DNA from: Rhizophagus irregularis
Taxonomy: Eukaryota
Length of the DNA: 64,000 nucleotides
Direction of reading: 5' to 3'
Assembly: GCF_026210795.1 (NCBI RefSeq)
Contig: NC_089431.1
Location: 5,332,001-5,396,000 of the forward strand
The notes under the pieces are model-generated. The model was not told where the DNA came from and ran no database searches. It saw only the letters and a list, made by a program, of their open reading frames with translations. Position 1 is the stretch's first letter. The number at the start of each line of letters is the position of its first letter. The position numbers and the translations under genes are program-made. Of this stretch, positions 1 through 12,920 are shown one piece after another.

Positions 1-1250
1 TTGCAACTAAGAAGATAAGTAGATGCTTCCCCTAAGAGCCTGATAATGAACATATTCATCTAATTGTGTCTTTACCAGAAGCTACTGGACTAATCACCCG
101 AGAGCGGGAACTTTTGGACCAGATAGCGGAATTGAAAAAAAAATTGATAATTCTATAATATGTTGTTGGTTATGATTTCGTGGAATTTTTATCAGACTTA
201 TGCTAATCTCCTAAACATAATTCAGAATTTGCCAAAGTCATTTAAATGGGTTGCAAATATGGAGCAGGTGTCTCTTTATGGTCTTAAAGAAACTTTATTT
301 GACTACGTTGCGGTTAATTGAAAACAAAATTCAAGCTGTGTATAAAACCCAGAACTCGAAAATGATGAAGCAGCATTGAACTTTATATGTGATGACGGGA
401 ATTACTTTTCTCAAAGTAATTTGGACTTTCGTAATATGCTCCAGTTACTTATATCAAAAAATAGCTTCAAGTTCACAGTTCACAGTATTTATAGAGGCAA
501 TCTTATCATTCTCTCTTTAGACTTTTACAAAGATGTGCAAACTCTATGGAATAGGAGAAATTGACAATCCATCATTATCTTCATTTCCTCCTTCACTTGT
601 GAATATGTAAAGCTGAACGATGAAAAGTCACAAGTGATAGTAAAACACCTTATAACAGACCTAATATTCCGTACTAAAGTTATTCTGATCAGCATCTAAA
701 AGTCAATATGCCTGTGCATACCTTGTGGATGCTGCCAATCTTTATCCGGATAAGTTTGAAATTCGTCCATAATGGGAACGGTAATAATCCAGTTGATTAT
801 AGTGTGGTTTTGCCTCGTATCGCTAGATTGATCGGTAAAAGACAAGGATTTTAAACAGGGGATTGCTCGAAATGCAGTGCAGTGTGAATCAGTTTTAGCA
901 AGTATTGTAACCGATGAAATTATAGGAAGCTATTGACGCATATATAAGAGTCGCTAATCAGCATGGATGGGCTGTACCACAAGGATGGAGTGCAAAAGCA
1001 TTGATTATAAGTACAAACTTTGCACATTTGGAATAATATTGTCCACATGATTGATGATCTTGGTGAAAAATGATTCTTTTAGAATGTTCGCTAGATGATA
1101 ATGAAAACCAAAGTTTATCAAAACCGGTGATCATTATATATGGGATAAAAATATGGAAGACATGTTAACAAAGATTCTTGGCCATATTGCGTGGTTACTG
1201 TATATTTATATATATATTGAAGGAAGCTCAAATGCTGGAGCAACAAAAAG
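1..1250 (+). pseudogene. Degraded Crinkler (CRN)-like effector gene, 5' part outside the window
   Basis: The frame from 3 reads ATKKISRCFP*EPDNEHIHLIVSLPE. HIHLIVxxP is a variant of the HVLVxxP motif ending CRN N-terminal domains. Later fragments (PVDYSV, KDKDFKQGIARNAVQCESVL) resemble nuclease-like CRN C-termini. Stops and frameshifts throughout. Confidence 0.65.
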
Positions 1251-1631
1251 ATAAGAACATATTTAATATATTTGTAAATTAGAAATTTTTTTTCATTTTT
1301 TAAGTTTGTATATGCATGTGATGCGAATTAGGAACATGTATTGTATCTGAAAAATAAAAAAAGTATTTATGCTATTCCTCTCATATACTATTATCAGAAA
1401 AATATAAATAGTCGATCATTATTTTTGCATGAATAGAACGCGGAATACTGATAAGTCACGCGTGATGATACGATGTCGATATGGTCCGTATGACAGTACT
1501 TTCAAAAATTGCTCGCCCACGCTATCCAATAATTTTATTATGCTAACACATAGTAAGTAATATGAGATAACCGACCTAAATAACAATTACGTAAAATCTG
1601 CATGAATATATGAGGATAACTGATAAGTATT

Positions 1632-1720
1632 AGTTATTTACTAATCTAGTAGTATATAAATGGGTTATCATCCGAAGGATGATGGCCCATTTATATACTA
1701 AACTAGATCAGTAAATAACT
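1632..1720. repeat. Long imperfect palindrome/hairpin
   Basis: agttatttactaatctagtagtatataaatgggttatcatcc-gaa-ggatgatggcccatttatatactaaactagatcagtaaataact: about 43-bp arms around a 3-nt loop. Confidence 0.85.
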
Positions 1721-2169
1721 TTTTTATCATCCTAGATATACTAATTGGTCTGCCAGTTTATAACTGGCGGAAAAAATCCTAAATACCAATTAACAGTCTA
1801 TTATTTATTATATGAACATTTTTTATGATCAGTGATTTAAATAAAAAAGTATCAATATTACTTATAATTTTATGTGAAATTATTCAATAAATAAATAAAA
1901 ATTTCTTTTATCTTTTATATCAAATCATTCTTTTACTGATGTCACAATAATATTCTCAAAGAAACTAAATAACCTCTCGAGCCAAGTGCGAAGCATTAAA
2001 TGGCTTAACTCAAATGTACGATCTAGTACAATATCAAGTTTGAATTATGTAGTTTCGTACGTACGTTAAAATTTTATGTAATTTCATTATCGGTATCATA
2101 CTGTAAAAATTGCAATACGATTAAAAGTTCATAGACCATTTTGACAGGAATTTCTGTAAAAAGAATTGA

Positions 2170-2360
2170 TTGTCTATAAGACGATTTTCGGCGAAATAAA
2201 TGCGTCCCCTTCAATAGTAATATCAAGTAAATTTAGGATAATTATTATCATCCGCCCATTTTTATAATTTAACGTTAACAGTTAATGAAAGAAATTAAAA
2301 CCAAATTTGATAAGTGCATGTGTAATATCTAAAATTTATTTTAAGGCACGTGATAAACGT
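2170..2360 (-). pseudogene. Relic of the 5' end/promoter of a BTB gene paralog
   Basis: ttcaatagtaatatc...ttattatcatccgcccatttttataatttaacgttaacagttaatgaa...gataagtgc...aggcacgtgataaa aligns, with deletions, to 4060-4283 (start of the intact BTB gene). Confidence 0.7.
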
Positions 2361-2666
2361 GCAACATATATAACTTTGCTATGATGCTCAATTGCACTAC
2401 GTGCGAGATCTTTTAATAACTTTATCGACAAAATAAAATGAAAACCTTATTTGCCGCCCTCAATAAAATAAAACCATATATTTTATATTTATTGTGCCTT
2501 GTTAATCAAATAATCCAGAAAAAATTAATTTGTTTTTTTTAAAAAAAAAGTTTTTTATTCTCTTTCTCTATCCCCTTAAATACTAGTTTCGTAAAAGAAC
2601 TAATATAGTAAACTAAGGTTGTAATTAGTATACTTATAATTAATACTGAAAATTTTAATTTAAACA

Positions 2667-4147
2667 TCAATCACAAACAATTTGAAATACTTCACATTCT
2701 TCTACAGTAAACTTTTCTTCGGTTTTTCTAATCGGAGATTCATAAGAAGACTTTTTACAACGATTACCACGCCACGACCATATATTAAGATCATTTGCAC
2801 CAAATGTTGGACCATAAAAATTACTATTATATATAGCTTCCTTTTCGTCTATTACACGACTTAAAATATAACTATCATTATCATTAAAAGAAAATATAAA
2901 GCTATCTTTAGTAGCGCTATAATCTTTACTATCTGATTTCCATTCAAGCGGATTATATCCTCCAAGAATTTCACTACTATCCTTTACTTTAACAAGTGTT
3001 ATAGTGCGAGGTTGATTATCACAAATTTCATGAAATTTGTATCGAAAATGTCCGTCTCGAGATGCGCGAAATATTAATTTGAATTCATATGAAGAAACTA
3101 ATTTGTCTGTAACTTCTAATCTATCAATCCATTTTGAGATTAATTCAACATGTTGTTGAGTTATAATTTTTGAATCAATAGTTCTTTTACTTTCTTTAGT
3201 TGTACCAGATTCTGACTTGTCATTTGGCTTGCTATTAGGATCTGAAAGACTTAAAAAAACTCTTAATAAGTCTTTATATAAGTCTTCTGGAAATATTTTT
3301 TCATAGGGGAATACTTTATCTAAAAATTCCTTAGCAGTTAAATTGTAGAAATTAATATATGGAATATATTGTTGTAAGGTACTCTTTAAATTATTAAAAT
3401 CATCATTTGAATAGTCTGTAAGGTTAGATGGAAGTTCAGGATTTTGAGCAAGACTCCATTTAAGAACATGTTCCCAAATTTGAATTTCACTCATTTGAAG
3501 GTTATCACTTTGAATAATCGTAAATAAAATTTTTTCTGGAACAGAAGAAAAATTTAAAGAATTAAATATCTTAACTGGTTCTTTAGAAATTAAATCAATA
3601 CAATATTTTTGAAGTTCCAAGAAAGAATTATTCTCAAAACTTGTTTGATATATCAAATTAAAATTTTGTTCCATCCAATTTGTTTCGTTTTCAATTAAGT
3701 AGTATTGTATATACGTAACTAATTCTTGGAGACTAAGCTTACTAGCATCAACTAAGATTTTGATTACATCTGGAGTATCGTATTCTTTCAAAGAAAGTTT
3801 TCCTCCATAAATATACCTAAAATATAAAAATATACATTAATAATAAAATAATAAAATATCAAGTACTTATAAATTATCAGTTATTATTACCTTAAGATTA
3901 TGTGAAATATTTCAGGAGAAAAATTTGGTAATTTAATATGTGTCAAAGTTCCATCATTTTTCTTTTTATTAGTTAACAAAATTCTTTGCAAATAAGGAGA
4001 ACGATAATATAAAATGACCATATGGGCATGAAAGACTTTTACATGAGGGTCATTACCAACTTCAATAGTTATATCATAATATTCTTCGTCGTCTAAAATT
4101 TCGAGTAAATTTTGTAATAATTTTGGTAAAAGTTTATTATCATCCAT
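2667..4147 (-). CDS. BTB/POZ-BACK-TLDc domain protein, 468 aa; exons 4147-3891 and 3816-2667
   Basis: A GT-AG intron at 3890-3817 joins ILR|YIYGG in frame. BTB motif YYDITIEVG...FHAHMVILYYRSPY; BACK-like EIQIWEHVLKW; TLDc LIFRASRDG-FHEICDNQ-ILGGYNP-GPTFG-EVFQI. This family is expanded in Glomeromycotina. Confidence 0.92.
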
Positions 4148-4444
4148 TTTTATAAATTTAACGTTAACAGGTTAACAGTTAATGAAGGGAATGAGAATCA
4201 AATTTAATAAGTGCTCAATCCTTATATAATTAGCGTTTTATTTTGTGAAACATTTAAAATTTATTCTACAGGCACGTGATAAATCGTAGCAGCTGCCGCA
4301 GCGCTGTCCATTGATTTACGAAAAATTTTACTTTTATACTTTAAAACTATGAATTATTATAAACCCCGAAATATATACATAGAGGTAAGGTGCGTAACCA
4401 TCATGGAAATATTTTATGGGGTTAGATTTTGATTTTGCATAATT

Positions 4445-5815
4445 ATAAAAATGTGTGTTTTGTTAACAAAAAAGTGTAGACGTGAATTCCAGCCAATTCT
4501 TCTTAATCATCAATGTAATTTCTTTGGGTCATGTTAATTACAATTTATACTGCTATTGTTATATCCTCACCAATTGACTATCAAATGAGTAAAAAAAATA
4601 TAATACATATTTTTTTAAAGAAAATTATTCTTAATTAATTTATTTTTAATTCTTAACTGTAGTTAGATAACAGATGATTAAACGGTTAATCCAATTATTT
4701 AAAATTTACATGAAACTGCACACCAAACTTCCTTATAGATAAAAGATCACTTATTGATGAATATAATTTATTTAATTCTTTTTAATACAGATTATAAAGA
4801 AAACAATATCGAAGTTTTTCAAAAACTTATGATTTCTAAAAGAAAAGAAATGAAAAAAAAATGATATTGAAGAGAAAAAAAATGAAATTGAAGAGGAATG
4901 ATTTTTTTTTTGTGTTTTTAAATAATCTATATTAACACATTCCTTTATAATGGTACGTCTAACTATTAATGCTATGCTTTGAAATGATGTTAAATAAGTG
5001 AAATAATGAGAATAAATAATGCCTAATAAAAAGATTCTAATATGCAAAATTAATAGCTTAGAAAATATCGGAATCACCAAAAGATGCATTTTCATCTTCT
5101 CTTTAATGATTAAATCAATAAAATTAATATATTTCTTACGTTGATTTTTAAAAAGTATCAATATTGTACCTCTTAGTTAATTGATCTAAATTCAAAGGAG
5201 AGGCTGTTACGATAGTAGCCATAAGCACAATCAAGAGAGCAAAGAAGATTTGACGCGAATTCATTTTTATAGTGTTTTGATTGAATATTTTTAATTTCTT
5301 TTTTTGAAAAATTATTTTTTAAAAAATTTTGGTTTTCTGAATTAGTGAAGTTCTTAACAATTGGGAAGTCCATTTATATGTTGATTTTTTTTAATATTAT
5401 TAAATAGGGCCTATATTCCTTAAATGATCAATTTATTTACCGAACCGAAATTAATTTTAATAAAGAATTCTTCCAAATTAAATACAAACAATGTATTTTT
5501 TATCTATAAATAATTGGAATAAAACTTTTCAAATATTTCTTTCATCTTTAATATGAAGACAAAATTTAACAATAGTCGAGCTTTGCTTTTTTTTAGGCGA
5601 GTGATTGGTTGAGCTTGTTTAATAGTAATTTTATCGTCTTTTGTTTGAAGATGAAAACAAAATAAAATTTTTGTCAATCTATTTTGTTGTGCTTAATTTT
5701 TTAGCTTGTTTTAGAATAAATAGTATTTTATTTTTTAAAAAAAAGAAATCGATTTCTAATTTTAGGTTATAGGAGTCCTTGTTTAAAGGTTTGTTTTTGT
5801 GTACGATAATCATAG
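4445..5815 (-). repeat. Inverted segmental duplication, copy A (partner about 53985-55620)
   Basis: The reverse complement matches 53985-55620 across promoter, exon 1, intron and 3' flank (e.g. aagctcaaccaatcactc, gatcatttaaggaatataggcccta, agaagaattggctggaattcacg). Confidence 0.93.
5058..5264 (-). CDS. Small secreted peptide precursor A, 45 aa: MNSRQIFFALLIVLMATIVTASPLNLDQLTKR-EDENASFGDSDIF; exons 5264-5170 and 5100-5058
   Basis: ATG in an AAAATG context; hydrophobic signal peptide ending VTA-SP; dibasic KR at the exon junction; intron GTAC...TTAAAG (5169-5101); in-frame TAA. Exon 1 is conserved in the paralog at 54523. Confidence 0.8.
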
Positions 5816-6529
5816 GATAAAGAAATTATCACATGATCAATTTATAATTTCTAAAGAACAAAGAATAATTAAATATTATGAATTCAAATTGTATCAGATA
5901 ATTTATTTCGGAAGATTTGGTCATAACTCAAAGAGCACGCAAAAAACAATATGTACCATATAAAATTGGCTAATATTATAACAAGAATGTAAATGTATCG
6001 CAAAAAAAAAAACGCCCAATCATACGAAAAATATTTAGGTTTTTTATATAAAAATGGCCGAAAAAACTTTTTCCGATACAAAATTTTATTTTTTAAACCT
6101 TTATTTCCTTGCTTTTAAAGAAAGAAAAATAAAAAAGAATAACATAACGATAGTGTAAGAAAAAATCTTTATGTAATTTCCATATCATCATCCTTTCTTA
6201 ATTGATCTTCGGATATTTCAACACTCTTATTTGAATTTATTTCGATAACATTTGTAGGTTCCTCATATTTTATACTTTGTCTTTCATAAAAGGTATTTTA
6301 TAATATAACGCATCAAATGTTCGTCCAATAAGAATAAATATTATCGAAACACCAGCGGATATTATGAATATTTATTGAACATTCATGAAAATTTAAACAT
6401 ATATGCTTTATTACATTGCGAAAAAGTTTGACTAAGCTTAATTAATTTATCTTATTGCCATTACCCTTAATTATTTGCTCTATTCTTAATGGCATGCTTT
6501 AATTAAATTAATAAAAATCTCCGGTTCAA

Positions 6530-6960
6530 TTCCTTCCCACTATTTTCGAATTATATCATGGAAAATATCTATGGTAATTGATTTTTTTTTACTAGCAACC
6601 TCTACACGCCTCTTCAATATGTTCCACAAATTCTCTATAGAATTGAGGTCAGGACTGTTTGACGGCCAACCCAACTGCCTTGGACAACGATCCGAAAGAA
6701 GTTTCTTAGTATCCTTAGCCGTATATTTCGGATTGTTGTCCTGCTGGAATACCCAGCGACGACCATGATGGAATTTGCATTATCAAAAAGATTTTCATTA
6801 AGAATTTCTAGATATAGTGCACCATTCATAATTCCAGTAAAAAGAAAAATCAAACTCGACCTTTTACCGAAAAAGCAACATGGACCTTGTAGGGATACTT
6901 AACCATGGGTTTTTGCGGTAGCTTTGTGCCAGTCTTATAAATACCTTTTGAACATTAGGA
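6530..6960 (-). mobile_element. Tc1/mariner (DDE) transposase remnant
   Basis: Broken frames read FLFTGIMNGALYLEILNENL...[15 protein letters not shown]...[23 protein letters not shown], the Tc1 QQDN.P.H / SPDLNPIENLW motifs. Confidence 0.85.
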
Positions 6961-7097
6961 TAGATGTTAAAGAGTGTAAAGTTTTAGCGTCGTAGTACCA
7001 TTTTCAGATATTTAAAGCATAACTAATCGTAAATAGACACGTAAACAAAGGCAGAAAAAAATTGACTCGGATATACACGTGATTAAATCACGTAAAT

Positions 7098-7860
7098 GAT
7101 TTTTTTAAATAAGAGAAGACATTCCACTACATCAGAAATGGAATCTTCTGCCATACCTCAGCCGATTCTATACTTCTCCCTCACCGATCAAAGTTACTGA
7201 CCCTCACTTAATCCTTTAGTCAGCTCCTGTAATAACTATAACTACCACCTTTATGTATAGCTTCCAAAAATAAATAAATTATAATAGCTATGTCTGCTGT
7301 AATTTAAAGTCGTGGTACGCTACATACATTTTTTGTAAAACAAGTTTACTATCTACGACAAGGCGGAAATGCCACATACGAAGACTAGTCTAAAAAAAAC
7401 AAAAACAAAAAAACCAAACCCGGAAAATGAAGCCCTATCCAAAGGTAAATGAATTACTTTCTTCCCCTGAGCATTGTCGTATCTTCTTCTTATAATTCAC
7501 GTGACTTGAAGAATGGCTAAGCAGAAACATCTCTCACACCCGGTAAACCCTCTTCATCCACCCATCAAGAATTTTTAGACCATGGACTCCTCCTAAACAC
7601 CTAAAAAGGCAATATTCGTAACGACCACCTTTGGTTATCGGCTAAAAGATCTCCCGTGAACTGCTTTAGTTTAGCTGTATTTGTGTCATCTCTAATCACC
7701 CCATCAAGCGCGAATTTGATTCGTTCCTCAGAAATCTTTCCATTTCCCGATTGGGTCCAGGCACATGCCGAATGGAATTTTATATTTAATGTCCATTGTT
7801 TCGCAATTTCTTGGCGTATTAGGCGTATTAAAATTATCCAATAAATGTCTTCCAAATGTC
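7098..7860 (-). mobile_element. Possible degraded retroelement 3' fragment
   Basis: Higher-GC island with a broken minus-strand frame (7601-7855) and an A-run at its 3' end (T-run about 7099-7106). No diagnostic domain seen. Confidence 0.3.
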
Positions 7861-7959
7861 CTTAAAAAACCTCGTCAACTATTTTGCATTTTTGGAATGA
7901 AGGAATACGTTCCCAAACATAAATTCATAAATAACTGGTATTATCTTTTCAACAATTAA

Positions 7960-8899
7960 ATATAACATCAAAAATTGAAAGAAACTGGCAGTATTTTGCA
8001 TAGAAAAGGGAATGGACGTCCTAAAAAAATAACGGGTTATTCATTACAATCACTTAACCAATATATTCATACTTTAGCTACAAATTGTCAAGAAATTGTT
8101 TAAATGTGTCCCATGTAAAGGAACTTGGTTATAGAAACAGTTTACCAATTGGGAATTGGGATGCCTATGCTAACAGCTGCACAAAAAGTAACTGAAAGCG
8201 TATTGAGTGGGCTCAAAATCACCTTAATGATCGATGGGAAAAAACATTGATGAGACAACATTTCAATTGTTTAGAAATACAATTAAATATTGGCATAAGG
8301 GTCCTAGTCCAATTCGGCCTCTTCCAAAAAATCGGCAAAAAGTTTTAGCATGAGCTGCTAAAGGAAAAAACAAGTTTGTTTTGTTTTACACAAATTTTGG
8401 ATGCTAGATTTTATATTGAAATTTTATGACAGCGTATTCCAGAAGTTAGAAGAATACTTGGTAGAAGGTGGAGGTTCCAACAAGATAACAATCCGAAGCA
8501 TACAAGTCGACTTGAAAAGAATTCCTTCAAGAGAACGTTCCTTCAAACAGCCCGGACCTTAACCCATTGAAAATTTACGGAGTATTGTTAAGCATATGTG
8601 GAAAAACGTATGCCGCAAAATATTGATGAAATGAAACAATTTATGGCTAAAGAATGGAATAAAATTCCAGATAGTTTTTTTGGTTAATCTTATCCAATCA
8701 ATGAAGAGACGATGTCAGCTTGTAATTGAAAGAAATGGCCCTTATTAATTTATTTAATTTTTATATCATTAGAAAGCTCTAGTTTTAAGCTTTCACACAA
8801 GTTATATTATGTTAAAATTGATGTATTATTGAAGGTTTTCGGAAATTATTTGCCAAACGGATTTATAATTTTTATTGTAATTATTTTTTTCGCGCACTG
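7960..8899 (+). mobile_element. Tc1/mariner element remnant with intact right terminus
   Basis: Fragments [43 protein letters not shown] and EWNKIP...LIQSMKRRCQLVIERNG. Ends ...ttttttcgcgcactg|TA (CAGTG-type TIR followed by TA at 8900-8901). Confidence 0.85.
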
Positions 8900-8914
8900 T
8901 ATACTATTCCGTAG

Positions 8915-9170
8915 TAAATAAGTAGCATTAAATACTTTATCATCAAATTTATTTGGTCTCAAAAATAAAAAATATTTTAAGAAAATTTTATCGAAGACAA
9001 TTAATTATTCAAGGACTATATTTTAATAGTGTTATATGATCTTATTCCATCTCTTGTACTTATATCTGGTGGATTAGTTATAGGAAATCAGTTAATTTTA
9101 AGATTGTATCATGTGTTAGTGAGATGGCATCATCGACGCAATAAAATTAGAGATTTTAATAGAAATGGAC
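8915..9170 (+). pseudogene. Fragment of the last exon of the membrane-protein family of 45978-49156
   Basis: YDLIPSLVLISGGLVIGNQLILRLYHVLVRWHHRRNKIRDF matches the C-terminus of the 48659-49156 ORF; internal deletions present. Confidence 0.88.
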
Positions 9171-9816
9171 ATTTATCTATTTATTTGTTCTTTTTAAAAG
9201 TTTGCAGATTATATTAGTTGCAAAGCACAAAAATTACATCATACTTACATAATCATTGATCAAATAAACTTTTAACTAAATGAGGAAAACGACTCTAATC
9301 CGGTCCCATTTCTCAACTACCCACAGAAATTTACGGTGGGAACTCTCTTCTCTCTTGAACCTGCAGTTAAAAATAAAATTTTATAAACAGAACCATGTAA
9401 TAAAGATATATCTTTCCCTCCACTTAAAATGGAACAACGTATGTGGTCAAAGTCTCAAAGATACAGACAAGAACTATAGCAAGCTGCTCTATAGTGCTCG
9501 GGCTGATTGATAACACTCTCATGATTAAAACCGTCGGAGGAGTCAGGGAGACTTCTGCAAATGCATGGAAATTTCTTAAATTTAAATCGGGGTCCAGTCT
9601 GGTCCAGGCTGAAAGACCGGTCTTTTTGGGACTAATCCAACTCTAACGCCAGTCACGTGCCCGAAAATATTTTACAGTGAAGTTAATCAAATAATATGGA
9701 CTAATTAAAACTTGTACTACGTTACTCAACAGAAATCCTTATATAACAAAAAAATTTTATCACATAATTGATTTAAAAGTTTTATGTTAATTACCTATTA
9801 TGAAATATATAACTCA

Positions 9817-12523
9817 ATGAATCCTTACCGCCCAGGACATTATGGTAGAGTTCCCGTTCTGATTTCTTATTTAAATATTTTACTTACTGTTATTTCATAG
9901 CTCAATATCGAGCTCCTTACGAACGACCACCTTTTACTCCGCCAGGTGGTCCTCCTACATATGGTCAAACCTCGTGGGGTGGCTATACTTCTGGTACTCC
10001 CACACAACGTTCAGCTTATATGGCTTCTAGACCAGATTATGGTATACCTTTGGGTGGTATATCACCAGTAGAAAAATTGACAACTCTTTTCATTGGAGGG
10101 GTATCACCGGGAGTAATTGATGATTGGATGGAAAAAATTCTCAAGGTAGTGGTGGGCAAATGAATGCTATATAATTTTCCAATCGAAGGGATTGAGATTT
10201 TAATGAACGCTATTTTATCAAATTGGATTCTTAAATATTTGGAGGTGCGATTAAGAAAAAACCTTGTATATTTCTTACGGCCTAAAATGCATATTATCTT
10301 GGATGCTAAAAATTTTTTTTCCTAGATAGCTTTCGAATTTATCTTAGTCTTGAAAGCTTTAATGCGCTTATTGGGCGCATGAACATCTTCAGGCGTGATT
10401 TTACCAAATACTTAGCTGACAATTTATTTATTTATTTATTTTTTGATTTGCTTATCTGGCGATTGCAAAGACTTGTGGTACATTAAATTCTTGGAAACAC
10501 CAATCCGGAAATCCAGAAATCCAAAGGGTTTTGGATTTGCGGAATATGCTAATGCTGATAGTGTACTGCGTGCTTTGCGTGTACTTGGTGGTGAAGGTTC
10601 AGGTGATGGTAAAAAAGATAGGGGAGTTGTTGGAGGAAGGTACTAATGGCAAAAATTAATAATAAGCAATCTACTTTCTGATCCTAATTCTTCATCTAAA
10701 CAACATTTTATCCACATATATTATAGGTTAAAGCCGATGAGAATACAAGAAAATATCTTGATCAATATGAAGGCTTAACGGTCTGTATTAAATTATAGAA
10801 TAATTTTTTTCTTTTTTTTAGATATTATAATTGATGTTAATTATTATCTTTCAGAATTAGACAAAAATGCCTTGTTATCAGTTATAATCGTTGTTGAAGA
10901 CATGACTAAACCACAGGATAGAAGATATTTGTCACCAATAAATTCTCAGCATGAAAATAAATTAGCTCTTCGAACATCACCAGTTATAGAAATAAAAACA
11001 GAACATAGAGAAAAGGATGATAGCACAGATTTACCGGCTGATCTCTCTCCAGATCAAAAGGATCTTATTTACCGAGAAATAACATTCCTTCGATAACGTG
11101 CTGCAGCAAGAGAACGAGAGCGTCAGAGAGAAGAAGAAGAACGAGCAAATCGTAGAGCTAATGCTGAAAAAGAAAGAGAACGTTCACATGGAAGGAAAAA
11201 TAAAGAGAGAGAACGTGAGAGAGAAAGAGAGCGGGATCGTGATAGAGATCGAGATCGGCAATATGGACATCAAGACGCGAATCTTATATTATACGATGAA
11301 GAAGAGGAACAACGCAGACAAGCTAAAAGAAAACTGAAATGGAAATGGGTATATTAAATTATTTAAAATTTGTTTTTGGGATTATATATACTGATTTTAA
11401 TAATAATTATCTTATTAGAGAGAAAGACAATGGCAACATAGAGAAGAAACAGTGGCAACAAATCGTGAACGTGAAGCATAACGAGATTTAGATATTAGAG
11501 AAAACAAATTCGAGATCGGGAGAAAGTTAGCGGAATGGGACGACGCTGAAAGAGGTCAAGAAGAATATTACAAAGACAGGTATACATCACATTCATCTTG
11601 TAATCAATTTAAAGGAGAAATTATGAATAACTTTTTTTTTTTATTCATGTGGATCTCGTTGGTGGTTCCATCGACAACAGTTCAGAGCACGTGAATTGGC
11701 TAGTATGAATGAGGCAGATAGGTTATGAGAACAGCAGGAAATTGAGCTTGAGCAACATCGGTTACAGACGCTTGAGGAAGAAAGAAACAGTGTGAAGAAG
11801 CTATGGAAGCAGAATTAAATAATGAAAAATAAATTTCAACGCTTACCATAAACGGTGCTTCACAAAATAATAGAAAACCAATTCTTAATCTTGTATCAAA
11901 ACGTCGCGCGGCATTAATAGCCCCAGGCTGAAGATGAGGAATTTGACGATGAGGAAGGTATTGAATCAAAACGTAAACGTCGAATTTTAGTTCCTTTGGA
12001 ATATAGTGATAATGAGGACGATTAAAACAAAACCGAAGAAAGGAAAAGAAAATTAAAGAATTAATGGTAACTATACCAACGGATAAAGAAGGATTTTGGA
12101 ATTGAGATGTTAAACGGGAGGAATTAGATGAGGTAAGTTTCATATGTGGTTCATAATTTTCTTCCTTTTGTTTAAAAAAACTTTTGTTTTTATTAACATA
12201 AATAATAATTATTTCACAACAGAATATTCTTAGTGAAAAGTTACAGCCATTTGCAAGTAAAAAAATTGTTGAATATTCGGCGTACAAGAAGATGAATTAG
12301 TCTCTTTGTTATTGATCATTTACGTGAAAAAGCCAGCTGAAGAAAGAAATGATGATGGTATGTTGATTACTATTTGCATTAAATATCAAAGAGTAATTAA
12401 AAAGCTAAATCGTTTATTTTTTATATCCTTTAATTTATATACAGACTTTAGATGAGGAATCCGAGCTATTTGTTATGGCGTATGTTAATTTTTGAAGCGG
12501 TAAGTAAGGCAAGAAAAATATAA
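9817..12523 (+). pseudogene. Intron-containing pseudogene of an RRM + PWI splicing factor (RBM25/Snu71-like)
   Basis: RNP2-like TLFIGGVS, RNP1 KGFGFAEY...SVLRALRVLG, VKADENTRKYL, an RE/RD-rich tract, then PWI-like KIKELMVTIPTDKEGFWN...LQPFASKKIVEY...TLDEESELFV. In-frame stops (e.g. FLR*RAAARER near 11094) and frameshifts; introns are retained. Confidence 0.85.
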
Positions 12524-12659
12524 ATGAAGATACAGCTCTCTAGATAATTCGAAGTAATTCGAGGTAGTGGCATATAACACGTAACCAGAGTTTTTTATTT
12601 TATATATATTGACTATCGGATTCTTTTCATTAAATTTAAATACAATAAGAATTCATAAT

Positions 12660-12920
12660 GAAATAATATTTTTTATCAATGGCAAATTGTTAATATTAGC
12701 AATGTGGCATTGGCAAAGCACCCCGTAAGTATTTTTACGAGTAACTTTAAATAAGATGAAAAAATTAAACGACTGAACAATAAAATATTTAAGAGATACA
12801 AGAGGAGAAGTGGTGGAATTGGGACATGGCAAATTTTGTGCACCAAACCTATCATCATATACTTTCGTAGATAGTTTTAATTTTATTTGATGGAGGTTTC
12901 GGACATGTATACTTCTCAAT
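12660..12920 (+). pseudogene. Fragment of exon 2-intron-exon 3 of the membrane-protein family
   Basis: gcattgg...ccc|gtaagtatttttac...agtggtggaa...caccaaac...atcatatactttcgtagatagttttaatttt...tgatggagg aligns to 46580-46810. Confidence 0.75.

Noticed and set aside
4772..5373. ORF-track ORFs 4772-5161 and 5173-5373
   Set aside because: They are alternative-frame readings over the spliced peptide gene, its intron and UTRs, and are not conserved as ORFs in copy B.
6165..6300. Short coding-like minus-strand tail (FYERQSIKYEEPTNVIEI...MEIT*)
   Set aside because: No upstream exons can be supported and the family cannot be identified.
9250..9645. Possible second hAT remnant (TAGAGTTGGATTAG end on the minus strand)
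   Set aside because: Only one terminus-like string and no convincing transposase motif.
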